A stretch of 64,000 nt of DNA from an uncultured cyanobacterium (GTDB taxonomy: Bacteria; Cyanobacteriota; Cyanobacteriia; Cyanobacteriales; Nostocaceae), in contig OY970166.1 in the NCBI GenBank assembly GCA_963706595.1, positions 1,024,001-1,088,000 of the forward strand, written 5' to 3'. Made by a program: the position numbers and the translations under genes. The first letter of the stretch is position 1. Each line of letters opens with the position of its first letter. The notes under the pieces are model-generated. The model was not told the DNA's origin and ran no database searches. It saw only the letters and a program-made list of their open reading frames with translations. Shown here piece by piece: positions 10,214-21,944 of the stretch.

Positions 10214-10974
10214 TAATTATGGGATGAGCGAAATATATGGTTGTGTTCTGGATGATATAATCGCGATCGCCCTGTGGTTGCAGAAAGTGCTGGACTAATT
10301 AGGTAAAGTGTGGTACGAATTAAATTTTCTTCATTGGTACATTTTGCCATTTGGTTCAGAGGGACAACCATGATTTTTTCATCAGGCCATCCGATGCGAT
10401 AGCAAATGGCTATGGGGGTTTCGGCTGGGTAATGTTCTAAAAGTTTGGCTTGGGCGTTTTCAATGTGACGCGCACTCAGATAAAGACAAAGACTCGCCTG
10501 ATGTGCGGCGAGGGTGGCTAATTCTTCTGTTGGTGGGACTTGTGTCCGTCCACTGATGCGGGTGAGAATAATAGTTTGAACTAAACCGGGGACAGTTAAT
10601 TCTATTTTAAGTTTAGCGGCTGCGGCTTGAAAGGCGCTAATTCCTGGGATGACTTCAAAGGGTATATTTGCCTCCGCTAAGAGTTGCATTTGCTCATGGA
10701 CGGCGCTGTAAAGACTGGGATCTCCAGAATGAAGACGAACTACAGATTGATGCGATCGCACCCGTTCCACCATTAGCCCGATAATTTCCTCTAAAGTCTT
10801 ATTTGCCGTGGGAATAATTTCTGCATCTTCTCGGCATAAATCTAAAATCTCTTCTGGTATTAAAGAGTCAGCAAATAAAATCACATCCGCAACAGCCAGC
10901 AGTTTCTGGGCTTTGACTGTCAATAAATCCGGGTCTCCAGGACCTGCTCCCACAATATAAACGGCTGAATCCAT
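10213..10974 (-). CDS. cobM: precorrin-4 C11-methyltransferase
   Basis: VYIVGAGPGDPDLLTVKA, VVRLHSGDPS, ELTVPGLVQT. Confidence 0.93.
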   Translation of the reverse strand: MDSAVYIVGAGPGDPDLLTVKAQKLLAVADVILFADSLIPEEILDLCREDAEIIPTANKTLEEIIGLMVERVRSHQSVVRLHSGDPSLYSAVHEQMQLLAEANIPFEVIPGISAFQAAAAKLKIELTVPGLVQTIILTRISGRTQVPPTEELATLAAHQASLCLYLSARHIENAQAKLLEHYPAETPIAICYRIGWPDEKIMVVPLNQMAKCTNEENLIRTTLYLISPALSATTGRSRLYHPEHNHIFRSSHN

Positions 10975-11182
10975 AATATTTAGATTGTTTTTTATACAGA
11001 ATTGTGTCAATTTTTTTCAGTAATTTTCCATAAAGAGCAATTCTCAAACCATGTTTTTTGAGATTCTTTTGAGTAACGTTCCGGATTAGCCTTTTATTTC
11101 TCGTAGAGATGAATGGTAGATGCACCCTGGTTAAGCCCTAGAGAATACTCTGGGGCATTTTTTTATTTTTAGTCTATCCCCT

Positions 11183-12058
11183 TCATTCCCTCATTCCCTG
11201 ACTCCCTCTCTGTGGCGAAACCACATCAGGTAAAGGGCGTTTAAGCAAGTAAAGCCAAGCTAACCCAGCTAATCCCACAAGAATACCCGTTAAACTCACA
11301 ACTTGTGCAATGCGAAGCGGTCCGAGCATTAAGCTATCAATGCGAAAACCTTCAATCCACAGGCGACCGCAGCTGTAAGCTATTAAATAAGTTAAAAATA
11401 ACGTACCTAAGCGCAAGGATGGCTTGCCAGATAAACTCCGAAAAAATAAAGTGATCAGCAAGGAGAATACGATCAAATTCCACAGCGATTCGTAGAGGAA
11501 TGTGGGATGAAAGTATTCAAAATTAGCTAAATCTGGAGGACGATTTTGCAGGGGAATATATAGCTTCCAAGGTAAATCGGTGGGACGACCAAAAGCTTCT
11601 GAGTTAAAGAAATTTCCCCAACGTCCCAGGGCTTGCCCTAAAATCACTGAAGGAGCGATTAAATCAGCCAGTTGCCAAAAAGACACCTGATTGATTCTGG
11701 CAAAGATTAATGCGGCTAAAGTACCGCCAATAATCGCCCCGTGAATAGCAATACCTCCTTGCCAAATCGCAATTATGCGTTCTGGGTGCTGGGAGTATTC
11801 TGACCATTGAAAGAAAACATAATAAAGTCTGGCTGCGGGAATCGCCCCAATCACTAGCCAAATTGATAAATCACTAATCAACTCTGGGTCAACATTACGG
11901 CGCTTTGCCAGATACTGAGAAAGACTAACACCGATTAACACGGCGATCGCAATCAATAAGCCATACCAACGGATACTTATTGGTCCTATCTCCACGATAA
12001 CTGGGCCTGGAGAAGTGAATTGAAACGCTAAAGGCAAAGTGGAAATATCCAGAACCAT
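11183..12058 (-). CDS. lgt: prolipoprotein diacylglyceryl transferase
   Basis: [23 protein letters not shown]. Confidence 0.95.
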   Translation of the reverse strand: MVLDISTLPLAFQFTSPGPVIVEIGPISIRWYGLLIAIAVLIGVSLSQYLAKRRNVDPELISDLSIWLVIGAIPAARLYYVFFQWSEYSQHPERIIAIWQGGIAIHGAIIGGTLAALIFARINQVSFWQLADLIAPSVILGQALGRWGNFFNSEAFGRPTDLPWKLYIPLQNRPPDLANFEYFHPTFLYESLWNLIVFSLLITLFFRSLSGKPSLRLGTLFLTYLIAYSCGRLWIEGFRIDSLMLGPLRIAQVVSLTGILVGLAGLAWLYLLKRPLPDVVSPQRGSQGMRE

Positions 12059-12278
12059 GCAAAACTACCTATTTAATTACATTTTTAAGCGTTACAGCAA
12101 TTAAAGCAAATTTTGCTTCGAGTGGGTTATGAAACTTGATGCCTGATGCAGCACGTAGTAAATAAAACACCCCTGACAATTCAGTGAAAAGCCTATAAAA
12201 TCAACTGTTTGACTTTTGACTTGTGGTACTAATGCCCTATACTTACTTAAGTAGCTTTGGTACATTTAATAAAATTTT

Positions 12279-12830
12279 GTGATTGCTATTTACCCTGGCA
12301 GCTTTGACCCTATTACTTTAGGTCACCTTGATATCATTCAGCGTGGTAGTCGGCTGTTTGACCAGGTGATTGTTGCTGTACTGCGAAATCCTCACAAAAT
12401 CCCTCTGTTTACTGTGCAGGAAAGATTAGATCAGATTCGCCGCACTACTCAACATCTCTCGAATGTGGAAGTTGACGGTTTTGACGGTCTGACTGTGAAC
12501 TACGCCCAGAAACGACAAGCACAGGTTTTATTGCGAGGTTTACGGGCAATTTCTGACTTTGAAGTTGAGCTGCAAATGGCTCATACTAATAACACTCTTT
12601 CAACTGAAATAGAAACCGTTTTTTTAGCCACATCAAATGAGTATAGTTTTTTAAGTAGTAGTGTGGTAAAAGAGATTGCAAGGTTTGGTGGATCTGTTGA
12701 TCATCTTGTTCCCCAACAAATTGCCCTAGATATATACAAATGCTACAACCACACCTCTCTAATGGACAACCCAATGACAACGGAAGTTATCCCTCCTCGG
12801 AAGAATATCCCAACGGAACGGGAAGCGTAG
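12279..12830 (+). CDS. coaD: pantetheine-phosphate adenylyltransferase
   Basis: [36 protein letters not shown] start. Confidence 0.95.
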   Translation: MIAIYPGSFDPITLGHLDIIQRGSRLFDQVIVAVLRNPHKIPLFTVQERLDQIRRTTQHLSNVEVDGFDGLTVNYAQKRQAQVLLRGLRAISDFEVELQMAHTNNTLSTEIETVFLATSNEYSFLSSSVVKEIARFGGSVDHLVPQQIALDIYKCYNHTSLMDNPMTTEVIPPRKNIPTEREA

Positions 12831-13408
12831 ACATTCTGGAAGAACTCAATCGTTTAGAGGATTTAATTCTCTATGGTTTTCGTGTTCCTCTGACTGGGCG
12901 CACTTTAGTAGATGAAGATAAGCTGATTGAACAGATTGATTTTATTCGCATCTCTTTACCAGAGATTTTCCAGCAAGCAACTATTGTCCTCCAACAGAAG
13001 GATGCGGTTTTGCTCGAAGCTGAAGAATATGGACAGCAAGTTATTGAGGCGGCTCAAGCTAAACGAGCGCAAATTTTAGCGGAAAGCGATATCATCAGAC
13101 ATGCAGAACAGGAAGCTGAACAGTTGCGGCGACAAGTACAGCAGGAGTGTGAGGCAATGATGCAAGCAACTCTGATAGAAATTGAGCAAAAGCGACATAC
13201 CTGCCAAAATGAGTTGGAGGAACTGCGACAAACTGCGATCGCACAAGCTCAAAATATTGAAAATGGCGCTGATGAATACGCTGATAGTGTGCTAGATGGT
13301 ATCGAGCAAGACCTGAAGGATATGCTGCGTATTATTACGAATGGGCGGCAACAATTACGACATGATGTGCCGCCACAGCGTAATTCTCCACCTCCTAAGA
13401 AGAAGTAG
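12740..13408 (+). CDS. DivIVA-like coiled-coil cell division protein (Cdv3-like)
   Basis: Long coiled coil. Overlaps the coaD 3' end, an arrangement seen in other cyanobacteria. Confidence 0.75.
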   Translation: MLQPHLSNGQPNDNGSYPSSEEYPNGTGSVDILEELNRLEDLILYGFRVPLTGRTLVDEDKLIEQIDFIRISLPEIFQQATIVLQQKDAVLLEAEEYGQQVIEAAQAKRAQILAESDIIRHAEQEAEQLRRQVQQECEAMMQATLIEIEQKRHTCQNELEELRQTAIAQAQNIENGADEYADSVLDGIEQDLKDMLRIITNGRQQLRHDVPPQRNSPPPKKK

Positions 13409-13666
13409 TTTTGAGAAGCGAAGAAATTGGTCATCCATTAGCCTAGTCATTTGTTCGTAGTGAGTGCTTTAGCGCTCAATTTCATCTTTTAAAAGGTAAG
13501 GAAACATTTTTTGTTTGTTTACTTCTATTTACTAATATTTAGACTAAACGGTTTAGTTCAAAATCTTGATTACATAATTTTATCCGGTTATTTAGTCGTG
13601 ATTTCTACAGTCGTTTCACCCCACCCCCAGCCCCTCCCCGCAAGCGAGGAGGGGAGTAAGAAGGAT

Positions 13667-14204
13667 TTTTCAATACTTCATAGGGATTAAGTGGTTTTTC
13701 AACTAGGGAATTAATTAGGAAGAAGAGGATTTTTATAGTTTCAATCCCTGATAGGGATTAAGTGGTTTTTCAACTACTAATTTCATCGCTAAAATTCCCG
13801 GTGGTTTTAGGTTTCAATCCCTGATAGGGATTAAGTGGTTTTTCAACGAATGCGAGTATCAGCCGCTTTCTGATTTTCTACTGTTTCAATCCCTGATAGG
13901 GATTAAGTGGTTTTTCAACCTACTCCGCCACTTGTCCGTTTTTTTATTTCAACCGTTTCAATCCCTGATAGGGATTAAGTGGTTTTTCAACTAGCTCAGA
14001 CATTTTTATCTCCCTTGAATTGCGTTGTTTCAATCCCTGATAGGGATTAAGTGGTTTTTCAACCTTGATTGTCACCTTCTGCATTTCCTTCTTAGTTTCA
14101 ATCCCTGATAGGGATTAAGTGGTTTTTCAACCGTAGTCGGTCATTTGTACCAGTCATAATCTGGGCTGTTTCAATCCCTGATAGGGATTAAGTGGTTTTT
14201 CAAC
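13667..14204 (-). CRISPR. orphan CRISPR array: 8 repeats of 37 bp (GTTGAAAAACCACTTAATCCCTATCAGGGATTGAAAC on the minus strand) and 7 spacers of 31-36 bp
   Basis: Repeats start at 13667 (degenerate, 4 mismatches), 13738, 13811, 13883, 13955, 14027, 14095 and 14168. Internal ATCCCT-AT-C-AGGGAT hairpin and ATTGAAAC 3' end. Confidence 0.97.
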
Positions 14205-14467
14205 TGACCGATTTTAGAAGCCTTAATATATTTAGTTTTCAAGGTTCAGTTCCGTCAACCTAAAGCGATAGTAGCATTCCAGCCACAGGAGTTGTCAAGA
14301 GGGGTAGTCAGATTTGGGCAAAAATCACCTAATAGCAAGCGTTACAGCGATCGCGTCAACCTATTTTGATCACATAATGCTCCAAACCTTTGTACAGCAA
14401 GCAATACAGCCGATATTTTACACACCCCTGATTTTACACCTACTGGTTGACGCAAAATACCACCAGA
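14205..14467 (-). promoter_or_regulatory. CRISPR leader with candidate promoter
   Basis: Lies opposite the degenerate repeat. Minus-strand TTGACA (14298-14293) and TGcTACTAT (14276-14268), with a long 19-nt spacing. Repeated CGTCAACC motifs. Confidence 0.6.
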
Positions 14468-15814
14468 TTACAAGGTGTAGGTGAAATCATTTACCAACAT
14501 CCCCGGAACCAAACTACCTCCCAAGTTGCGACTGTCATAAGTTCCGACTTCGGGGATAAATTCCTGAAAATCGGTCAATTCTACGAGATTATCTCCCCAG
14601 AAGCGATAAAGGCTTTCATCAAAGCGTAAGTTTTCTATGGGGGCGACGATTTCACCGTTTTCTACCCAAAAGCAAGCATAACGGGTCATACCTGTAATTC
14701 TACCAGTGGGGCGATCGCTCCAGTTCAAGTAATGCAAGTTCGATATATATAGTCCTGTATCTAAACTCTGCAAAATCTCGTCAAAACCTAAATTCCCCAG
14801 ACTGATTTCCGGCGCACGTAAAGTTTCAGAACTATTCGCACCGTTAGCTGTTTTGCCATATTCCTTGGCTGTGCGAGAATTAACCAGAGTATTAACTAAA
14901 ATCCCTTGTGTAATTAAAGGTAATTCCGGGGCTACCATTTCCCCCAATTGGTTAAATCGTGGTACAAACCCTTGTTGAAAGTTTTCCTTTAAACTAAACT
15001 TGGGCGAAAGTTGTTTTTCTCGGCGTGATAGCATCGCCAAAGCACTGTTTCCCTGTTGTAAATCAGCTTCACTCACAGCAGACCAAGAAAGCATCCCCAA
15101 TAAATCTGCCACAGCCGCCGGTGCAAAATAAGTTTTATACTGTCCTCGTGTTAATTGTTTAGCAGGACGGGAAAGTAATTGCAGTTGGGTTTTAGCTTCA
15201 TTAATCTTGGCAATATAAGCGGTTTCATCCCAATTACTTCCGGCAAATATACCTTTAACGGCTTGTCCACAGTGATCAAATAAAGAATAATCTAAGGTAA
15301 AAGTATCAGTTGCAAACCAGTGTTTTTGACCCTGAGAATCACCATAAGCTTTAATTACGACTCCGCCAGCATACATCCCAGTGAAATCTAATTCAGCTAC
15401 CAGTTCTAATAATGTTGGTACGACTGATTCTGCTGCTAATAATTGCCCAGAGTTGATTTCTCGACTGGTATTATTTCCTGATGGTAAAACTAAATAGGGG
15501 TCAATTGGTAATAGTGTCAGTTCTTCGCGCAGTTCGAGTAAAGCTGTGTATGCGGTTTGCCAATCTTTATCCCAGTTTCCAGTGAAGGGAAAGGAGCGAA
15601 AACTGCTGCGCTGATTTTCCATTAATGTTAGTTCTATGGAACCATCTGCAACTAAACCTGTTTGTCGCACTTTCGCATGATTAAAACGGGTAAATTGGCT
15701 TTGTTCACTGCTGAGTCTGACGGTGAATTCTTCAGTTGCGGTTTTTTTAATTAGTAGGGTTTCAATTAGTTGATTAAAGCTAGTTTCTAAGGTAGATGAT
15801 TCGGCAAGTTTCAT
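14468..15814 (-). CDS. TldD/PmbA family protein (PmbA/TldE-like partner)
   Basis: PmbA-type C-terminal motifs (TGMTR, NLRFDES) and no HExxH. Start set at MKLAE because the upstream extension is repeat-derived. Confidence 0.88.
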   Translation of the reverse strand: MKLAESSTLETSFNQLIETLLIKKTATEEFTVRLSSEQSQFTRFNHAKVRQTGLVADGSIELTLMENQRSSFRSFPFTGNWDKDWQTAYTALLELREELTLLPIDPYLVLPSGNNTSREINSGQLLAAESVVPTLLELVAELDFTGMYAGGVVIKAYGDSQGQKHWFATDTFTLDYSLFDHCGQAVKGIFAGSNWDETAYIAKINEAKTQLQLLSRPAKQLTRGQYKTYFAPAAVADLLGMLSWSAVSEADLQQGNSALAMLSRREKQLSPKFSLKENFQQGFVPRFNQLGEMVAPELPLITQGILVNTLVNSRTAKEYGKTANGANSSETLRAPEISLGNLGFDEILQSLDTGLYISNLHYLNWSDRPTGRITGMTRYACFWVENGEIVAPIENLRFDESLYRFWGDNLVELTDFQEFIPEVGTYDSRNLGGSLVPGMLVNDFTYTL

Positions 15815-15847
15815 AATGGAGAATGGGGATAAATAATTATATCTCTT

Positions 15848-16144
15848 GTAGAGACGCGATTCATCGCGTCTTCTTCTTGTCGATTGTTGTAGAATCATCG
15901 CGTCTTCTTCTTGTCGATTGTTGTAGAATCATCGCGTCTTCCTTCCTTTCAACACAAAAGCGAGAAATTCAACGCGATGATTTGGATAAATTCAACATGA
16001 TAATTTGGATAAATTTAACGCGATGATTTGGATAAATTCAACGCGATGATTTGGATAAATTTAACGCGATGATTTGGATAAATTTAACGCGATGATTTGG
16101 ATAAATTTAACGCGATGATTAGACGCGATAAATCGCGTCTCTAC
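15848..16144. repeat. REP-bounded element with internal 34-bp (x2.4) and 23-bp (x6.8) tandem repeats
   Basis: Ends are GTAGAGACGCGAT..ATCGCGTCT and AGACGCGAT..ATCGCGTCTCTAC. AAATTYAACGCGATGATTTGGAT units run 15965-16120. Confidence 0.85.
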
Positions 16145-17577
16145 AAGCCGCCAAAGACTTCGACATTGGCAAATACGCATACTGGTGAACCGTGTCCTAC
16201 CCAAATGGCTTGGTTGGGTTCTCCTTTTCCACACATCGCTGTACCATACATTTGCCAGTTGTCTGTGTTTCCTACTTGGGTGAGGCTGTGCCAAAATTCT
16301 GGGGTTGTGGCTCGATAGTTGGGATTTTTCAGGGTTTTGGTGAGTTTACCTTTTTCGATTAATTTGGCGTATTCGCAACCAAATTGGAATTTATAACGCT
16401 GGTCGTCTATTGACCAAGAGCGATTTGATTCCATATAAACGCCGTGTTCAATTCCGCCAATCATTTCTTCGACGCTGGCGTTTCCTGGTTCTAAGTTTAA
16501 ATTCGCCATGCGGTCGATGGGGGGACGATTCCATGAGGATGCACGGGCGCAAGCTACACCGGATATCCCGGCTCTGGCTTGGCTTTCTAGGCTGCCTAAT
16601 CCTCTTTGTAAGACTCCTCCTTTAATGACATATTCTCGTGTCGCCACTGCCCCTGTATCATCAAATCCATAGCTGGCAAATTGACCTGCTACGGTGGGGT
16701 CAAAGGTAATGTTCATCAGGGGGGAACCATAAGCTAGGTTGCCAAAGTCACTCTTTTTGACGAAGCTACCGCCGGCGTAGTTGCGCTCATCTCCTAAAAT
16801 TCGGTCGATTTCTAGGGGATGTCCGACACTTTCGTGAATTTGCAGCATCATTTGGTCTGGTGCTAAGACTAAATCTGTGCGGGTGTTGGGACATTCCTCG
16901 GCTGTTAACAGTTCTATGGCTTGTTCTCCAACTTGCTGGACTCGCGGCCATAATTCATCTTGTTTTAATAGTTCCCAACCGCCTTGATAACAGTGGGCTT
17001 GCCAACCATTATTACTGCGTTGTTGGACTATTGCACCATCTTGAGCGATCGCGCCATAATGTGTTCCTAATGAGACAATCTTTTGATATACTTCTGAGCC
17101 GTTGCTGCTGACAAACCAAGTTTCTCTTTCGGTGGTGCTGGCGCTGGCTGAGGTCTGCACTATTTTGTCATCAACTTTCAGCGTTTGACAGACACGCACC
17201 AGCAAGTTGTTGATTTCTCCGGGGCTGAGTGTATCTAATGGCTGTGAAATTGGAGATTTATATTCACCTACGACTTTGGGGCGTTGACTTTCTTGAAAGG
17301 GATATATCCACCATTTGCTAGCGGCTAAGGCTTGTTGATAAGCTGTTTGGGCTGCTGCTTGTAGTGATGACAATTCTAGGGAATTTGTGGCTGCATAACC
17401 AAGACAGCCATTCACTAAAACTTCTAGCATTGCCCCCATTGTGGAGGATTTACCGTTAATTTGGGGTAAACCATCCCGAACATGACGAGTTGAGGAATTT
17501 TTCTTAACGGCTCTAATTCCAACCCAATCAGCCGGAATATCGAGATTAGCGATTGCTTGTGTAAGTTCAGACCACAT
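16141..17577 (-). CDS. tldD: TldD family metalloprotease
   Basis: IHESVGHPLE zinc motif, RMANLNL, CGKGEP. Confidence 0.9.
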   Translation of the reverse strand: MWSELTQAIANLDIPADWVGIRAVKKNSSTRHVRDGLPQINGKSSTMGAMLEVLVNGCLGYAATNSLELSSLQAAAQTAYQQALAASKWWIYPFQESQRPKVVGEYKSPISQPLDTLSPGEINNLLVRVCQTLKVDDKIVQTSASASTTERETWFVSSNGSEVYQKIVSLGTHYGAIAQDGAIVQQRSNNGWQAHCYQGGWELLKQDELWPRVQQVGEQAIELLTAEECPNTRTDLVLAPDQMMLQIHESVGHPLEIDRILGDERNYAGGSFVKKSDFGNLAYGSPLMNITFDPTVAGQFASYGFDDTGAVATREYVIKGGVLQRGLGSLESQARAGISGVACARASSWNRPPIDRMANLNLEPGNASVEEMIGGIEHGVYMESNRSWSIDDQRYKFQFGCEYAKLIEKGKLTKTLKNPNYRATTPEFWHSLTQVGNTDNWQMYGTAMCGKGEPNQAIWVGHGSPVCVFANVEVFGGL

Positions 17578-17685
17578 ATTTATTTATAATGAAATTCTTG
17601 ATAACAGCAATGGTAAATTATTATCTTTACTACAGAATTACATATTTGTAAAGTTATTGCATTGATTGCAAACACCGAGAAGCCC

Positions 17686-17718
17686 AGATCCCCGACTTCT
17701 CTAAGAAGTCGGGGATCT
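17686..17718. repeat. 33-bp palindrome AGATCCCCGACTTCT-N3-AGAAGTCGGGGATCT (dispersed repeat or terminator-like)
   Basis: 15-bp perfect arms. Second copy at 24612-24644. Confidence 0.85.
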
Positions 17719-17742
17719 ATTTGTGTCAGTATAAAAATTAAC

Positions 17743-18894
17743 TTATTTTTCCACAGTTTGAGACACACCATCGGCTAGATTATCTGAGTTTGATGTTGGT
17801 TGATTATCGGAATTTAGCGCCAGTTTGTAAATAGCGGATTTTTCTTCATTCAAAAACTTCGGCTGTAAATAAAGGTTTTCCACCAGAACACCGACACCAG
17901 CTACCCAAGGCGGGACAATGACAGCGCCAATAATGCCTAAAACTTGTGTTCCTCCCAATACGGCTAAAAGTTGATATAAAGGACGGACTCGCACGGAAGA
18001 ACCTACCAGCAAGGGGTCAAGTACATAGGTTTCTAGATTTTGAATGATCACAAATAAGAGCAATACCCAGAGAAAAGTCAAGCCACTTTGGGGAATTGCC
18101 ACAATTAACGCCGGAATTGCCCCTAATACTGGACCGACAAAGGGAATTAAGTTGGTAAACCCAGCAATTACACCGAGGGCTAAGGAAAATTCTGATAGTC
18201 CCAAAATGCTCAATCCTACGGTAATCACAACGCCTAAAATGGCGGAAACTAAAACTCGCCCTTGAATATATCCCCCCATGCGGCGAGAAATAGGTATAAC
18301 TTGTTCGGCTAGGCGTTCGTCCCACGGTTGGGGAAACAGACTGACTAGACCTTTGACTATGCTTTTGCTTCCAGCGACCATATAGGCGGACATGACTAGG
18401 GCTAAAATCAAATTGACTACGCCGCCAATAAAGCCACGCGTAAAGCCGAAGGAACGGACGAGTAACTGCTGACTGGAACGAAATAACCAATTCGTGAGTG
18501 ATTGGAGGTCAAAAAATTCTTCTACTGACTCAATTTGAGTGATTCCCAATCTCAAAGCGAGATTTTCTACTGCAATCACCAAATTATCTAAATAAATTGG
18601 CAATTTACTAGCTAATCGCTGAATTTGTTCGGAAACAGATGGTCCAATGATTAAACCTGCGCCAATTAATCCAAAAATTAGGCTAACGTAGACGATAATT
18701 ACGCCTAGCCAACGGGGAAAACGCAATTTTTCGGCGGCGTTTACTAATGGCGCAATCGCAGCTGCCAATACTACCGCTATCATTAAAGTTAAGATTAAAC
18801 TCCGTAATTGCCACAGTAAGACGACGACAAAGAAAACGGCGACAATTAGCAAGAGGTCAGCTAAGGAAACAGACTTACGCTGGTTATTAGTCAT
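17743..18894 (-). CDS. AI-2E family transporter
   Basis: Multi-pass membrane protein with NLIPFVGP, IQNLETYVLDP and LG.IGA..VPP motifs. Confidence 0.9.
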   Translation of the reverse strand: MTNNQRKSVSLADLLLIVAVFFVVVLLWQLRSLILTLMIAVVLAAAIAPLVNAAEKLRFPRWLGVIIVYVSLIFGLIGAGLIIGPSVSEQIQRLASKLPIYLDNLVIAVENLALRLGITQIESVEEFFDLQSLTNWLFRSSQQLLVRSFGFTRGFIGGVVNLILALVMSAYMVAGSKSIVKGLVSLFPQPWDERLAEQVIPISRRMGGYIQGRVLVSAILGVVITVGLSILGLSEFSLALGVIAGFTNLIPFVGPVLGAIPALIVAIPQSGLTFLWVLLLFVIIQNLETYVLDPLLVGSSVRVRPLYQLLAVLGGTQVLGIIGAVIVPPWVAGVGVLVENLYLQPKFLNEEKSAIYKLALNSDNQPTSNSDNLADGVSQTVEK

Positions 18895-19024
18895 TTGTCA
18901 TTAGTCATTGGTTATTAGTCATTAGTCATTAGGAAGTTACCGTCTTCTCCCCCCTGCACCCTGCACCCTGCACCCCTGCCTCTTCCCCCCCCTACTCCCC
19001 ACTCCCCACTCCCCACTCCCTCTT

Positions 19025-20479
<1,455 letters not shown>

Positions 20480-20728
20480 ACGATTTTAGATTTTAGATTT
20501 TAGATTAAGGGGCTTGAGAATTTTAGACTGGGGTTAGCCAAGGGTATGCAGCGCAGCGATGTAGTTTCGAGTAATAATAGGGTAAAACAGCTGCAATCAC
20601 AGCCCATCATCCCTATGCTAGTACGGCAAGGCAGAAATCAACCATCCCCTCCCGAAAAATTAACCCCTCATACTAGCGTAATTACCAATTACGAATTACT
20701 TAACTTTTTGATATTTGATAACAGCACT

Positions 20729-21799
20729 ATGCAATCAGTAGTTAGTTCCGAATATACAGCAATGGATGCACCCAAGCAAGGAATGCCAGTTACAATTATT
20801 ACTGGTTTTCTGGGTAGTGGGAAAACAACTTTATTAAATCATATCCTCAGTAATCAACAAGGGTTAAAAACTGCGGTATTAGTGAATGAATTTGGAGAAA
20901 TTGGCATTGATAATGAGCTAATTGTCTCCACAGAAGATAATATGGTTGCTCTCAGCAACGGTTGTATTTGCTGCACTATTAATAATGATTTAGTAGATGC
21001 AGTTTACCAAGTTTTAGAACGCCAAGAAAATCTTGATTATTTGGTGGTAGAAACCACAGGATTAGCTGACCCGTTACCAGTGGCTTTAACCTTTCTCGGT
21101 ACAGAACTAAGAGATTTAACTCGTCTCGATTCCATTATTACTGTCGTAGATGCAGCTAACTACAGTCTGGATTTATTTAACTCTGAGGCGGCATATAGTC
21201 AAATCGCCTATGGTGATATAATTATCCTGAATAAAGCAGATTTGGTTGATGAGGCGGCCTTGAATGATTTGGAACGCAAAATCAATGATGTCAAAGAAGG
21301 TGCTAGAATTATCCGCACAGAGCGATCGCAAGTTCCATTACCTTTAATTCTCAGCGTGGGTCTGTTTGCCTCTGAAAAGTATTTTGATGAACCAGATAAG
21401 CATGACCACGACCATGAACACCATGATCATGATCACTCAAAATGTGAACACGATGAGCATGATCATGAACACCATCACCATGATCATTCCCACCATTTAG
21501 AAAATGATGGTTTTACTTCCATCTCTTTCCAAACTGACCAACCTTTGGGGATTAGGAAATTTCAATATTTCTTAGATAATCAATTACCCGCAAACATTTT
21601 CCGGGCTAAAGGAATTATCTGGTTTGAAGAAAGTCCCAACCGTCATATTTTCCACCTTTGCGGTAAACGCTTTACTTTGGATGATGACCAATGGAAGGGT
21701 AAGCCGAAAACTCAGTTAGTATTCATTGGTCAAGATTTAGATCGTGAAACTCTGATGTCGCAGTTGGAAAATTGCCTTTGTGTTCCTTCTGCAAGCTGA
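20729..21799 (+). CDS. CobW/COG0523 family GTPase (metallochaperone) with His-rich insert
   Basis: GFLGSGKTT, NGCICC, ETTGLADP and a long His/Asp tract. Confidence 0.92.
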   Translation: MQSVVSSEYTAMDAPKQGMPVTIITGFLGSGKTTLLNHILSNQQGLKTAVLVNEFGEIGIDNELIVSTEDNMVALSNGCICCTINNDLVDAVYQVLERQENLDYLVVETTGLADPLPVALTFLGTELRDLTRLDSIITVVDAANYSLDLFNSEAAYSQIAYGDIIILNKADLVDEAALNDLERKINDVKEGARIIRTERSQVPLPLILSVGLFASEKYFDEPDKHDHDHEHHDHDHSKCEHDEHDHEHHHHDHSHHLENDGFTSISFQTDQPLGIRKFQYFLDNQLPANIFRAKGIIWFEESPNRHIFHLCGKRFTLDDDQWKGKPKTQLVFIGQDLDRETLMSQLENCLCVPSAS

Positions 21800-21944
21800 G
21801 GTTTGAAATCAGTTATGGCGGTTCTGAGATCAAAGAACCCCACCCCCAACCCCCTCCCCGCAAGCGAGGAGGGGGCTATGAAACAGTTAACAAATCATGA
21901 GGTTAATTATATCTCTTGACTGATAACTGATAACTGATAACTGA

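Noticed and set aside
10107..10298. ORFs made of PTPHSP or GVGSRE repeats (also 63139-63324 and 52138-52437)
   Set aside because: They are translations of STRR heptamer tracts, not independent genes.
11080..11085. TCCGGA (DIF1-like heterocyst promoter motif) upstream of cobM
   Set aside because: A single hexamer without a convincing -10 element is expected by chance.
13704..14167. Self-targeting CRISPR spacers within this window
   Set aside because: No match noticed by eye. This is not exhaustive and needs an alignment search.
15815..15898. N-terminal extension of the PmbA-like ORF (MILQQSTRRRR...)
   Set aside because: It derives from the REP/tandem repeat. The ATG at 15814 is more plausible.
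15965..16120. 23-bp repeats as a second CRISPR array
   Set aside because: The units are directly adjacent with no unique spacers, so this is a minisatellite.
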